Origin: Halobacteriovoraceae bacterium
Lineage (GTDB): Bacteria; Bdellovibrionota; Bacteriovoracia; Bacteriovoracales; Bacteriovoracaceae
Length of the DNA: 64,000 nt
Assembly (NCBI GenBank): GCA_020635115.1
Contig: JACKAK010000004.1
Coordinates: forward strand, 115,487 to 179,486
Reading direction: 5' to 3'
Shown here: positions 38,389-48,495 of the stretch, piece by piece
Layout of the letters: each line of letters starts with the position of its first letter
Position numbering within the stretch: position 1 is the stretch's first letter
Notes under the pieces: generated by a model
The model's database searches: none
What the model was told of the DNA's origin: nothing
What the model saw: only the letters and a program-made list of their open reading frames with translations
Program-made: the position numbers and the translations under genes

Positions 38389-39580
38389 TCATTTTGAATT
38401 ATTTTCAGTTTATGGCATAGAAGCAGAGTACATGATCGTTGATAAAGACTCCCTAAAAGTGAGAGCGATCGCTGATGAAATCTTAAAAGAATTAAACCAT
38501 GGAGAGATTTGCAATGAGGTTGATCTAGGCAAAGTGAGTTGGTCGAATGAATTAGTAAATCATGTGCTAGAAATAAAATGTACAGAACCTGAGTCATCTT
38601 TAAAAGATTTAGATATTGTTTTCCATAGGTCAGTGAAAGAAGTCCAAAAATTGTTAGATAAATGGAATTCTACTCTTATGCCCACGGCCATGAATCCATG
38701 GTTTGATCCTTTCAAAGAAACTGTTTTATGGCCTCATGGACAGCAAGAGATTTACAATCTTTATAATCAAATTTTTGACTGCAAAGGACATGGATGGTCA
38801 AATCTACAGTCTATACATATAAATCTTCCTTATAAAAATGAAGTAGAATTTATTAAATTGCATTCAGCTATCAGGTTAATTCTTCCACTCATCCCGTATT
38901 TTGCGGCCAGTTCACCATTTTATGAAAACAAGAAACAAAGGTATGCTGATAATAGATTGGCCTTCTATGAGAAAAATCAGGCCAAGGTTCCTTCAATCAT
39001 TGGTAATATTATTCCAGAAAATGTTAAGTCATTTAATGATTATGAGAATATTTTGAAAGGAATTTATCAAGATATAGATCAGTATGATCCTACAAAAACA
39101 CTTCAAAATCCTTGGCTCAATTCCAGGGCCGCAATACCCAAATTTGATGTCGGAGCTATTGAGATACGTTTAATGGACATTCAAGAATCCCCTTATATGG
39201 ATTATGTCATTATTAATCTTATTGTTGAAATGGTTAAGTTTATCTGTGAAAAAGGTAACAATTTTAAAAATGAAAAAAATTTCTCTGATAGATATTTAAG
39301 AGAAGTATATGACCAGTCAAAAGAATTTTCTCCTACATGCAATCTTGATAATTATTTTAATTTGCTTGAAATAAACTCAGAAGAAAAAACATTTGAAGAA
39401 CTTAGAAAAAAAATTATTGAGAAATTTTCAAGCGATATGGATAAAAGATATGCTCGAGGATTGAACATTTTAAAAGAAAGTGGATCTTTAGCGCAAAGGT
39501 TAGTGAAAAATAATCTATCAACCCAAATGTATAAAGATTTAATTCTTTGTCTAAATGAAAATATACCCTATGAAATCTAA
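38381..39580 (+). CDS. carboxylate-amine ligase, glutamate-cysteine ligase family 2 (GCS2/YbdK-like)
   Basis: YGIEAEYMIVD, VLEIKCTEP, IHINLP, AASSPF and AIEIRLMD follow the GCS2 motif order. Confidence 0.8.
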   Translation: MSDHFELFSVYGIEAEYMIVDKDSLKVRAIADEILKELNHGEICNEVDLGKVSWSNELVNHVLEIKCTEPESSLKDLDIVFHRSVKEVQKLLDKWNSTLMPTAMNPWFDPFKETVLWPHGQQEIYNLYNQIFDCKGHGWSNLQSIHINLPYKNEVEFIKLHSAIRLILPLIPYFAASSPFYENKKQRYADNRLAFYEKNQAKVPSIIGNIIPENVKSFNDYENILKGIYQDIDQYDPTKTLQNPWLNSRAAIPKFDVGAIEIRLMDIQESPYMDYVIINLIVEMVKFICEKGNNFKNEKNFSDRYLREVYDQSKEFSPTCNLDNYFNLLEINSEEKTFEELRKKIIEKFSSDMDKRYARGLNILKESGSLAQRLVKNNLSTQMYKDLILCLNENIPYEI

Positions 39581-40235
39581 GGTTATTATTAGCTGTGAGC
39601 ATGGGGGAGCAGAAATCCCCAAGTTTTTAAATTCATCTGTAAAGATTCCCAAAAACGTTTTAGAAAGTCATCGTGGGCTAGATAAAGGTGCACTTGATAT
39701 TGCAAAAAAATTGGGCAAAAAAATTCGATCAACGCCGATTTTAAATAAAATGACTCGACTAGTGATTGATTTTAATCGGTCACTACATAATTATAATGTT
39801 TTTAGCAAATTTTCTAAAAATCTTGATAATATATTGAAAGAAAAGTTAATTGAATTACATTCAAAACATAGAGCTAAGATTTTCAAACAAATTTCAAAAA
39901 ATACCATTCATCTATCAGTTCATTCATTTACACCTAAGATGAATGGAGTGATGAGAAACTGTGAATTCTCTATTCTTTTTGATCCAAAGAGAGCGGATGA
40001 GAGACATTTGGCCCTTGAAATAAAAAAGAAATTATCTAAATTAGGTATAAAGTGTAGATTTAACTACCCTTACTTGGGAAAATCTGATGGGGTAACAACT
40101 CATTTTCGAAAAATATTCTTAGAAGGCTATCTCGGACTAGAGCTTGAGTTTAATCAAAGAATTGTTAACCATAAAAATAAGGTTGAGACGATACTAGATG
40201 TTGTATGTGAATCTTCAAATGAATTTAAATTTTAG
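39555..40235 (+). CDS. N-formylglutamate amidohydrolase (FGase) family hydrolase
   Basis: IISCEHGGAEIP, LVIDFNRS and VHSFTP are FGase-family (PF05013-type) metal-site motifs. ATG at 39570 is an alternative start. Confidence 0.8.
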   Translation: MKIYPMKSKVIISCEHGGAEIPKFLNSSVKIPKNVLESHRGLDKGALDIAKKLGKKIRSTPILNKMTRLVIDFNRSLHNYNVFSKFSKNLDNILKEKLIELHSKHRAKIFKQISKNTIHLSVHSFTPKMNGVMRNCEFSILFDPKRADERHLALEIKKKLSKLGIKCRFNYPYLGKSDGVTTHFRKIFLEGYLGLELEFNQRIVNHKNKVETILDVVCESSNEFKF

Positions 40236-40246
40236 AAAAACTTCAA

Positions 40247-41302
40247 CTAAAACCATTTCTTCTTTTTAAAGATAAAAAGAAGTGTTACTCCTGTGAAAAA
40301 TAAAAGACCCAAGAGATAAAAATAACCATATTGCCACTTAAGTTCAGGCATATATTCAAAATTCATCCCGTATATTCCAGTGATGAAGGTAAGTGGAATA
40401 AAGATTGAAGCAAAAACGGTTAAGTATTTCATGACACTATTCATTTTATTATTGATGGAGGAAAGATGCATTTCAATAAGTCCAGAGACAATGTCGCGAA
40501 TTGTTTCAACTGATTCATAAATTTGTATACAATGATCATGTACGTCACGAAAATAAAGCGAAGTTTTTTCACTGATAAAAGGGTGTTCATCACGATTTAG
40601 TGCGGAGATAAAATCTCTGACCGGAGAAATCACTCTACGAATGTAGAGAAGTTCTTTTTTTAGCCAATGGATATCTTGAATAGTATTTTTGTTTTCTTCA
40701 ATTTTATCTTCAATTTGTTCTAATTCAATTTCTAATCTATCAATAACTTTGAAATACTCATCAACGACTGAATCAATCAGACAGTAAAATAAGTAATCAG
40801 GGCCCATTTTGCGGATTCTGCCCTTGTTCTGATGAATTCTTTCTCGAATACTGTTAAATACATCTCCCGGAAATTCTTGAAATGTGACTACTAAATTTTC
40901 TAGTAGGATGATGCTCAGTTGATCTTTTGTGAAAGTTTCTTCATTTTCATCGAAAACAATCATTTTTAACGTGGCGAAAATATACTCATCTGTGATTTCA
41001 ACTTTTGGTCTCTGAGTAGTATTTAAAATATCCTCAGTAATTAAGGGATGAATATTGAAAAAATCTCCGACTGTTCTGATAAGTTCTACATCATGTACTC
41101 CATCTATATTGACCCAAGAAATCGATCTATTTGTTAAAGTACTTGTGCAATCTAGAATATTGTCAATTGAAACTCTCTTTGAGTTTTCTTCATCATATTC
41201 TATAAGTTCAATTTGAACTTTTGTGCTTGGAGATTGATTTCCAACGTATACAAGGCTCCCTGGGACCATTCCTGACTTATCAGATTTTTTTTCAACTTTC
41301 AT
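40247..41302 (-). CDS. corA: magnesium/cobalt transporter CorA
   Basis: C-terminal YGMNFEYMPEL (GMN motif) between two TM helices. Size 351 aa. Confidence 0.92.
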   Translation of the reverse strand: MKVEKKSDKSGMVPGSLVYVGNQSPSTKVQIELIEYDEENSKRVSIDNILDCTSTLTNRSISWVNIDGVHDVELIRTVGDFFNIHPLITEDILNTTQRPKVEITDEYIFATLKMIVFDENEETFTKDQLSIILLENLVVTFQEFPGDVFNSIRERIHQNKGRIRKMGPDYLFYCLIDSVVDEYFKVIDRLEIELEQIEDKIEENKNTIQDIHWLKKELLYIRRVISPVRDFISALNRDEHPFISEKTSLYFRDVHDHCIQIYESVETIRDIVSGLIEMHLSSINNKMNSVMKYLTVFASIFIPLTFITGIYGMNFEYMPELKWQYGYFYLLGLLFFTGVTLLFIFKKKKWF

Positions 41303-41534
41303 ATTAATCCTAAACGTATCGCAATTTTACTCTAATATATTGTTATTGATCAATTTATGATAGTGAATTTCTTTAGAAGGTTCATATTTTTAGATTTAAT
41401 AGACTGAATGCACAAAACTTGGAATTGTAATAGAAATTTTTTTTAGATACAATTGATGTCAATTTTCAGAAACAAAATGTTAAAATCGGTTCAATTCCGT
41501 ACTCAATATTAGAGTTAAGAAATAGGAATTTTAG

Positions 41535-44500
41535 ATGATATTTTTGAGAAAAAATAGATTTATTGAATTTTGCATAATTACTTCGACTATTTTCTTTTTT
41601 TCTACCAGTTCCTATTCAAGCACATGTAGGAATTCAGAAATTCAAAAAAAATACGAAATTGTCTCAGATAATTTTTTGAAAGAATCAGAAAAAATCCATA
41701 AATTATTAGTTGGTGAAAAAGTAGAAAATTATACGATTCAATCCATATTTGGAATTGATTTTGATGTAAAAAAAACGGATGAATACATTCAAAAACAAAT
41801 TAGTATAATTCAAGACCAAGAGGGAGTTTTTTTAGAAAACAAAACTCTATCCGAGTGCTTAGTTCAATTAGGTAAAAATGAGCAAAATAAAAAGCTCAAA
41901 GAATTGACAGTAAACTTAATCAATCAGAAGATTGAGCTTTTAAAAAGAAATCAAACTCTTAACGATACTTTACGTGAATCTCATATTACTGAAAGTACAT
42001 TACCTGAAATTAGAGAGAAAATAGACAGAGATTCAGCTCAAGCTCGAATTGTAAAAGAAAACCTAGAAGATTCCCTAATCAAAAAACAAAGTGAAACTTT
42101 TAAAGAAAAAAGTACTAAAAAAAGAGAAGTTCTAGAATATGAAAATACTTTAACAAAAATTAAAATCGAATTACTTAATTTAAAAATTGAAATAAACTCA
42201 GGCCTTGAAATCAAAATCAATCAATTTGAAAAATCAACCTCTGAGATTAGAGAGATAGCAAAACAAATTGAAGATAAAGATACTAAAGCATTAATTCAAA
42301 ATTTTGAAGAAATTGAGAAAATCTGGCTTTCATTGGCCAGTGAAGATTACTTTAATCTTTTTAGCGCAAATATCTCTTTAAAACTACCTCAAATCCCTGA
42401 AAGTCTCAATCAAGACAAATTTAAAGACGACATCTCTGATTCTATCAAACTCAGAGATGAAATCATTCTTTTAAGAAAAGAAATTATAAAAAATTATTCA
42501 GATAAAATAAACCAAGAACTACGACTTCTCAATCACCTTGTTGCAAGTAGTAATTCAATTAGAGAAAATATTTTCAGAAAGTTAGGGAGTTCTTTTTTCT
42601 TCAAATCACTTTTAAAATTTCAATCTTATAAAATGATAAAAAATGAAGTGAGCTCTGCTCCCTATAGAGCTGTTAGTTTTATTTATTCAAAATATCTCGC
42701 TTTTAGAGAACAACTTTCTTTAGGAAAGGAAGGTATTTTGACTTTGATGACTAAATTATTTTCACTCATAATATTAGCAATTTCTTTTTTTTCATTAAGA
42801 TATTTATTTAATAAAACGAATGAAAACGTAGATAAAATTTTTAAATATTTATTTGAAAGGAAAATTCGTTCATTCATTATAAGGAAGCTTTTCATTATTT
42901 GGAATAAAATAAAAGACAGTACTGTGCCTATTTTATGGTTAATAGTATTGGCCATCTATCAAAAATATCGTCCAGACAATGGTCTTAGTTTAATAATAAG
43001 GGCCTTGGAAGTATACTTGGTTTCTATAATATTAAAATCAATGTTAACAATATTTTTAGGGACAATTTCAAGGTTAGATATTGCAAATTTCTCAAAATTT
43101 AAAATAAAGGCCAATGAGACATCGAATAAGTTTAAAAATATTTTTCTTTTCTATTTTTTTACCATGATTATTATTGAGGCCACTATTGGTAAGGTTTACC
43201 TTTATACAATACTAAATTACTTTGTACTCATCTACTCCCTATTTCTTTTCTTTAACGAAACCTCTCATTGGGAAAATGAGTTTAGAAAATACTCAGAAAA
43301 AATGTTCTCAGGGATAATTGTAGAAAAATATTTTAGATTTTTAGATTTATGTCCTTCAAAGTTGAGGGCATCTTTTTTATTTGTATTTATTATTTTACTT
43401 ATTTTTTTCGATATTATTATTGGGCTTACTGAGAATTTTGAAATTTCAAAAAAAATATCGGCCAATCTCTTTAAAAAACAAATTGAAAAAATTGAAGCTG
43501 AAGATGGTGCTGATGATAAAATACCATCGAGTTATAAAGAACAATTTTCCTTTAAATCAATATCATCAGAAGATGAGTATGTTACAAATGGACAAGGTCT
43601 TGAAGAAAAAATTATTTTAGAAATTGATGAATGGTTAGATGATAGGTCTGATGAACATTCATTAGTGGTTTATGGGGACAAGGGAATTGGTAAAACGACT
43701 TTACTAAAAAAAGTTGGATCTACTCTGGAAAAGAGTGATAGATTAAATGTTAAATATACAAAAATGCCTGCTAAAACAGTTTCACTAGAAGCAATGAACA
43801 GTTTTTTATATTCAATATTTTTTAATGAGGCAACTACTCAAAGTTTGCATCTCTATGAATTTGACCAAAAACTTGAAAAAAATACAGTCGTGATTATAGA
43901 CGAATGCCAGAATCTATTTTTATCACATACTGGAGGATTTGAGGCCTATTATTTATTGATAAATCTTATAAATCTTAATACTGAAAAAATATTTTGGATA
44001 ATGTCATTTAATAAATATAGCTGGCTATATTTAGATCGGGCATTTGGTAGAAATCAATTTTTCAGAAATGTTTTTGAATTACAAGGATGGAGTGATTCAG
44101 CAATAAAAGATTTAATAATGAAACGGCATGTAAAAACAGGCGTAAAACTTTCTTTTGACTTGTTAATTAGTGCAACCAGATCACAAGATGAGATAGATAA
44201 GTATTCCTCAATCGAATCGAAATTTTTTAAATTACTTTGGGAATTATCTAGGGGAAATCCAAGGGCAGCGCTCTATTTGTGGATGTCGGCGCTTTCAAGA
44301 AAAAGTAAAAACGTATTTAATGTTTATATCCCAAAAGAATCAGGGCTTGATGGTATTGAGAAAATGCCTGATGAATTAATGTTTGTCATCGCACATGTTT
44401 TAAAACACGAGAACCTTTCGTCTTCTGAAATTGAGATGACAACGAACCTTCAAAAGGGTCTTGTTCGTAACGCCATAAAACTTGCTCTTGAGAAGAAGTT

Positions 44501-44600
44501 CTTTTTTAAGGATGAACGCGGACGCTACATGGTAGATATTTCTACACAATATGGACTTACTAAATACTTAAGAGTGAAAAATTTTATTTATGGAAACTGA
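41535..44600 (+). CDS. large membrane protein: signal/anchor, coiled-coil ectodomain, polytopic TM block, cytoplasmic P-loop ATPase (AAA_22/ExeA-like) plus probable wHTH
   Basis: Walker A VVYGDKGIGKTTLLKK, Walker B VVIIDECQNLF, sensor-like SRGNPRAALYLW. Residues 30-370 are heptad-rich. Residues 400-640 hold at least 6 hydrophobic helices. Confidence 0.7.
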   Translation: MIFLRKNRFIEFCIITSTIFFFSTSSYSSTCRNSEIQKKYEIVSDNFLKESEKIHKLLVGEKVENYTIQSIFGIDFDVKKTDEYIQKQISIIQDQEGVFLENKTLSECLVQLGKNEQNKKLKELTVNLINQKIELLKRNQTLNDTLRESHITESTLPEIREKIDRDSAQARIVKENLEDSLIKKQSETFKEKSTKKREVLEYENTLTKIKIELLNLKIEINSGLEIKINQFEKSTSEIREIAKQIEDKDTKALIQNFEEIEKIWLSLASEDYFNLFSANISLKLPQIPESLNQDKFKDDISDSIKLRDEIILLRKEIIKNYSDKINQELRLLNHLVASSNSIRENIFRKLGSSFFFKSLLKFQSYKMIKNEVSSAPYRAVSFIYSKYLAFREQLSLGKEGILTLMTKLFSLIILAISFFSLRYLFNKTNENVDKIFKYLFERKIRSFIIRKLFIIWNKIKDSTVPILWLIVLAIYQKYRPDNGLSLIIRALEVYLVSIILKSMLTIFLGTISRLDIANFSKFKIKANETSNKFKNIFLFYFFTMIIIEATIGKVYLYTILNYFVLIYSLFLFFNETSHWENEFRKYSEKMFSGIIVEKYFRFLDLCPSKLRASFLFVFIILLIFFDIIIGLTENFEISKKISANLFKKQIEKIEAEDGADDKIPSSYKEQFSFKSISSEDEYVTNGQGLEEKIILEIDEWLDDRSDEHSLVVYGDKGIGKTTLLKKVGSTLEKSDRLNVKYTKMPAKTVSLEAMNSFLYSIFFNEATTQSLHLYEFDQKLEKNTVVIIDECQNLFLSHTGGFEAYYLLINLINLNTEKIFWIMSFNKYSWLYLDRAFGRNQFFRNVFELQGWSDSAIKDLIMKRHVKTGVKLSFDLLISATRSQDEIDKYSSIESKFFKLLWELSRGNPRAALYLWMSALSRKSKNVFNVYIPKESGLDGIEKMPDELMFVIAHVLKHENLSSSEIEMTTNLQKGLVRNAIKLALEKKFFFKDERGRYMVDISTQYGLTKYLRVKNFIYGN

Positions 44601-45417
44601 AAATAACTTAACCCTAATGCTTTTTGATTTTTTAAAATTAGATAAAGTGATGACTTTTGTTTTTCTAATTGGTTGTATACTTATTCTTGTTAAAATTGTA
44701 ACTACATGGTCTGAAAAACTTCAACATAAATTCACTGGTAAAAGACTTGTTATTTTGCAAGTGACGACAGTATTTTCATTTGTCACCTATCTTTTTGGTG
44801 TTCTCGGTATTTTCTATTATGTTTTTCGTCCATCTAAAGAACTCTTAGTGACCGTTGGTGGTTCTGCAGCTGTTGCCTTTGGTTTTGCATTAAAGGATTT
44901 AGTTGGATCCATGATCGCAGGATTTATTCTCCTATTTGACCGTCCTTTTCAAGTCGGAGATAGGGTCAGCTTCGGCGATAAGTATGGTGAAATCAAAAGT
45001 ATTGGTCTCAGATCTGTTCGACTTGTGACTTTAGATGATAATCTTGTTACAATTCCCAATTCAAAATTTTTAACAGATATTGTATCAAGCGGTAATAGTG
45101 GTGCTTTAGATATGATGGTTGTTATTTCATTTTACTTTTCAATTTATCAAAATCTTGAAGAAGTTCGAAAAATATTACATGAAGTCGTAATCACAAGCCG
45201 ATTTGCGTATTTGGAAAAACCTGTATCTATTGTTTTTGAAGAGGCCGCTGTGTTTAATAATTTTGTCATCAAGGCAAATGTTAAGGCATACGTCATAGAT
45301 GTAAAATATGAGACATCATTTCTTTCAGATGTGACCAGTAGGGGAAATAAAGTTTTAAATGAGAAAAAGATTCTCCGGCCAGATTATGAATTTGTTGATG
45401 TCCTTCCTGAGACTTAG
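44590..45417 (+). CDS. small-conductance mechanosensitive channel (MscS family)
   Basis: Three TM helices, then FDRPFQVGDRVSFGDKYGEIKSIGLRSVRLVTLDDNLVTIPNSKF (MscS beta-domain signature). Its ATG overlaps the upstream gene by 11 nt. Confidence 0.88.
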   Translation: METENNLTLMLFDFLKLDKVMTFVFLIGCILILVKIVTTWSEKLQHKFTGKRLVILQVTTVFSFVTYLFGVLGIFYYVFRPSKELLVTVGGSAAVAFGFALKDLVGSMIAGFILLFDRPFQVGDRVSFGDKYGEIKSIGLRSVRLVTLDDNLVTIPNSKFLTDIVSSGNSGALDMMVVISFYFSIYQNLEEVRKILHEVVITSRFAYLEKPVSIVFEEAAVFNNFVIKANVKAYVIDVKYETSFLSDVTSRGNKVLNEKKILRPDYEFVDVLPET

Positions 45418-45423
45418 ATAGAG

Positions 45424-45499
45424 TGGAGCGGCAGACCAGGCTCGAACTGGCGACCTCCACCTTGGCAAGGTGGCGCACTACCAACTGTGCTACTGCCGC
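45424..45499 (-). tRNA. tRNA-Gly (anticodon GCC)
   Basis: Reverse complement: GCGGCAG-TA-GCAC-AGTTGGTA-GTGC-G-CCACC-TTGCCAA-GGTGG-AGGTC-GCCAG-TTCGAGC-CTGGT-CTGCCGC-T-CCA. 76 nt, encoded CCA. Confidence 0.9.
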
Positions 45500-45694
45500 T
45501 AAGACTTAATTCTAGCTATTTACATGGTTCCGAGTATATACGTCAAGAATTATCATAAAGATTAGAATTAAAAAAATGATTCACTGCGCTTTAAGCGTTT
45601 AATATTACTAAGTTGACTGAGTCTCAACAGTTCAGTAATCTCGCGCAAAATCCGAACAGAAAATGACATTTAACTTATATAAATTACTTGAGTT

Positions 45695-48493
45695 ATGATG
45701 CAAAAACTAGTTCCATTTTCAGTATTATTTTTTTGTATAGCAATCAGTCACTTCTTTACAGGAAGAGATCAAATCAAAATCCAACAAAATAGATCTATAA
45801 GCTCTTCGGATGCTTATGCACAGAATTTTTATCCATGGGGTGATAAGGCATATGTTACTTTTGAGAAAATTATACCCAAAGGGCCTGTATATGAAAATGG
45901 ACAGGCCGATGATTATGTAAGAAGAATATTTGGACTGATTTTGCAAGAGGCCCATAACATTGCAAAAGATCGATATGAAAAGAATAGTGAAGAAGAAAAT
46001 CGCATTTATTACTCTTTTTTATTATCTGCACTTTCAATTCCTCATCATGAAAGCGGCCTGGCCCATTTTAAAAGATCTCAAATTGAGGCCATTAAAAAAG
46101 ATTCAAAGGATATTCTAAAAAGTAGTCACTACGATCCAAAAGAGCATAGTGCTTGCCATGAACTATCTAATACTCTGGGAAATCGAACTGGTTTTGAAGT
46201 CATTGATTTTCTTTACGAAGATGAAATTATTCCAAAGTGCTCAAGAGATATGTTTGGAAAGAGTATGTTCCAGTTGATGAAATCCCCTTTCAATCACAAA
46301 GACTGGACAATTATGCAACTTTATATCAAATATCATCCAGCTTCGAGATACACAAATTTAACAAATAAAAGAATTCGTCCGCAAGATATGTCTAGAGATT
46401 CACAAGATCTTACTAAAAAGATATTTTTTAACACTCGTAATTCTATTAATTATGGGTTGAATTATATTTATGAAGGTCTGAATAAATTTGCAACCAATCA
46501 CGATGATGTTGATTTGTTTTGTCTAGCTGAACATTTAGATACTGGTGATATCGTCTCCGAACAGTTGAATTCTATAAATATAATGAAACATAAAAGTTTA
46601 ATGAAAAGTTCAAAATACATACAAGAAACGAAAGATGCCATTGAAGAATTACAAAATAGTGATAATCCTGAAAAAGAATTAAATGAAGATGAACGAAATG
46701 AAATTATTAATACCTTTTTCAAGTATGTTTTTGAAGATGAGATAAAAAGTAGTTGGTTTGGACTAATAAAAGAAGAAAAAGAATATTTTCCCTTTCAAGG
46801 ACATTTGAATTTTGAAAAAAGTGAATATGAGCAAGGTATGCAAGATGAAAGTCAAGTGTTGCTTCTAAAATCGACTAAAAAACAATCATCAAATATCGAT
46901 GAAACAGCGTTAAATAGAGAAACATGGGGAAATCATTTTAATGGAAAAGGAGATCCATGTAGATACTATCGTTCTATGCTATGTTTGAATTCAATGATGA
47001 ATAAATTTGATGAATATGAAAATTTTGAAGACCAAAAGAAAAGATATTTCGAAAATAAAGATGAGTATCTGAAAGAAAGGAAAGAGAAAATTGAGGATCA
47101 CAAAAAAAATGTAGAGATTGAAAAACAAAAATTAGCAAGTAATTATCTACTTATCAAAAATAAATCTGTTTGGATAAGATCTTATGCTCTATATGATCAT
47201 TCAACATCAGAACAAAAAAACGAATCCAAATGTGGAATCGGGAAACAACTTTTAAATAAATTTCCAATTGTACTGAACAAAGTAAATGTAAGGGAAGTTG
47301 AAGGAAGTGAGTACTTAAAATTAAGAAACGCTGGAATATTTAAATGGAAAGATAATAATAAAAAATTATGTAATTCAGATTTTCTTTATATACACAAAGA
47401 TTTTCTTGAGAGGGCAACATTTTCAGAACTACCCACAACAATTAAGGATGAATTAGATGAGAAATGGCTCTCAGATATGCCCTCTCAAATGAGACCAATC
47501 GATACTAGATTTGTTAATACTCCTTTTCAATTTAGTGACGAGTACAATTACTGGAGTCTTTTAATGGCAAAAGAAGGAAAGTTAATTTCTTCTAAAAAGA
47601 ATGGAAGTCTTTGGGGACGTTACTTTGTTGATTTTAAAAACGGGAAAAAAGGAGATGAAAAGAAAGAAAATATCGAAAACTTTAGATACCTATTGCAAAA
47701 ACAATTTAAGGGGCAGGAAGTTCCAGAAGTTGAACTTACTGAATCTAACTGTAAATATGCAATGAATGATATCAATTATTATAAAACGATAGACTATATA
47801 CTTGAACAAGGAAAAAGTATTTATCACGCACATTTGAAAAAAGGTACTCTTGAAAGAGATGCTCTAGATGAGATTATAAGCAATATTAAAAATCATGAAA
47901 ACTCTCGTAAATCGATTGATCTTGTTTTGCAAAATGTTTATCAAAATGATTCAAAAGTTAATAATCTAGAAAATGGAAATAGACATTTTGTTGTGTTTGG
48001 AAGTGGTTTTAATTTGAGATCTTCGCCTGAACAAGGTGATAATAAATGTGGATATCTCAAAGAGGAAAATGAATACGATTATTTTAAACCCTTTTATGTG
48101 AGGGTAAAGTCTTTAAATATGAATGAATACTACGAACTTGATCCAGAAGATGGTGCAGAAAACATAAAAAAATATATCCAAAAAAATTCATGTAAAAAGA
48201 GTGTCTTCTTACATAAAAGTGCTATGGCACCAATTCAAATTAATTTTAAAATTGATAAAATTGCTAGGTTTAAGAATGATGACGATGATCTTACTACACA
48301 TACAATATATAATGCATGTACATATGATTCTGGTGATAAATTCAAACTTTATTCAGGTGATTTCTTTGCGATAATAGGAAATAAAAAAGATGAAAATGGT
48401 GAGAATTGGATTGAAATTATTAGTACAACTGGAAAATATGGTTGCTTTGCTGAGTCTTTTTTCAAAAAATATGAATATTTAAAAGAGCTCTAA
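45695..48493 (+). CDS. large (932 aa) anchored/secreted orphan protein; possibly cell-wall active
   Basis: N-terminal hydrophobic helix. Weak lytic-transglycosylase-like signature (IPHHESGLAHF ... TIMQL). Three C-terminal segments resemble SH3b repeats (SVWIRSYAL..KCGIGK; GFNLRSSPEQGDNKCGYLK; DKFKLYSGDFFAIIG..ENWIEIISTTGKYGCF). Confidence 0.55.
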   Translation: MMQKLVPFSVLFFCIAISHFFTGRDQIKIQQNRSISSSDAYAQNFYPWGDKAYVTFEKIIPKGPVYENGQADDYVRRIFGLILQEAHNIAKDRYEKNSEEENRIYYSFLLSALSIPHHESGLAHFKRSQIEAIKKDSKDILKSSHYDPKEHSACHELSNTLGNRTGFEVIDFLYEDEIIPKCSRDMFGKSMFQLMKSPFNHKDWTIMQLYIKYHPASRYTNLTNKRIRPQDMSRDSQDLTKKIFFNTRNSINYGLNYIYEGLNKFATNHDDVDLFCLAEHLDTGDIVSEQLNSINIMKHKSLMKSSKYIQETKDAIEELQNSDNPEKELNEDERNEIINTFFKYVFEDEIKSSWFGLIKEEKEYFPFQGHLNFEKSEYEQGMQDESQVLLLKSTKKQSSNIDETALNRETWGNHFNGKGDPCRYYRSMLCLNSMMNKFDEYENFEDQKKRYFENKDEYLKERKEKIEDHKKNVEIEKQKLASNYLLIKNKSVWIRSYALYDHSTSEQKNESKCGIGKQLLNKFPIVLNKVNVREVEGSEYLKLRNAGIFKWKDNNKKLCNSDFLYIHKDFLERATFSELPTTIKDELDEKWLSDMPSQMRPIDTRFVNTPFQFSDEYNYWSLLMAKEGKLISSKKNGSLWGRYFVDFKNGKKGDEKKENIENFRYLLQKQFKGQEVPEVELTESNCKYAMNDINYYKTIDYILEQGKSIYHAHLKKGTLERDALDEIISNIKNHENSRKSIDLVLQNVYQNDSKVNNLENGNRHFVVFGSGFNLRSSPEQGDNKCGYLKEENEYDYFKPFYVRVKSLNMNEYYELDPEDGAENIKKYIQKNSCKKSVFLHKSAMAPIQINFKIDKIARFKNDDDDLTTHTIYNACTYDSGDKFKLYSGDFFAIIGNKKDENGENWIEIISTTGKYGCFAESFFKKYEYLKEL

Positions 48494-48495
48494 AG

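Noticed and set aside
45293-45484. 63-aa minus-strand ORF
   Set aside because: It runs through the tRNA-Gly gene and the 3' end of the MscS gene, so it is spurious.
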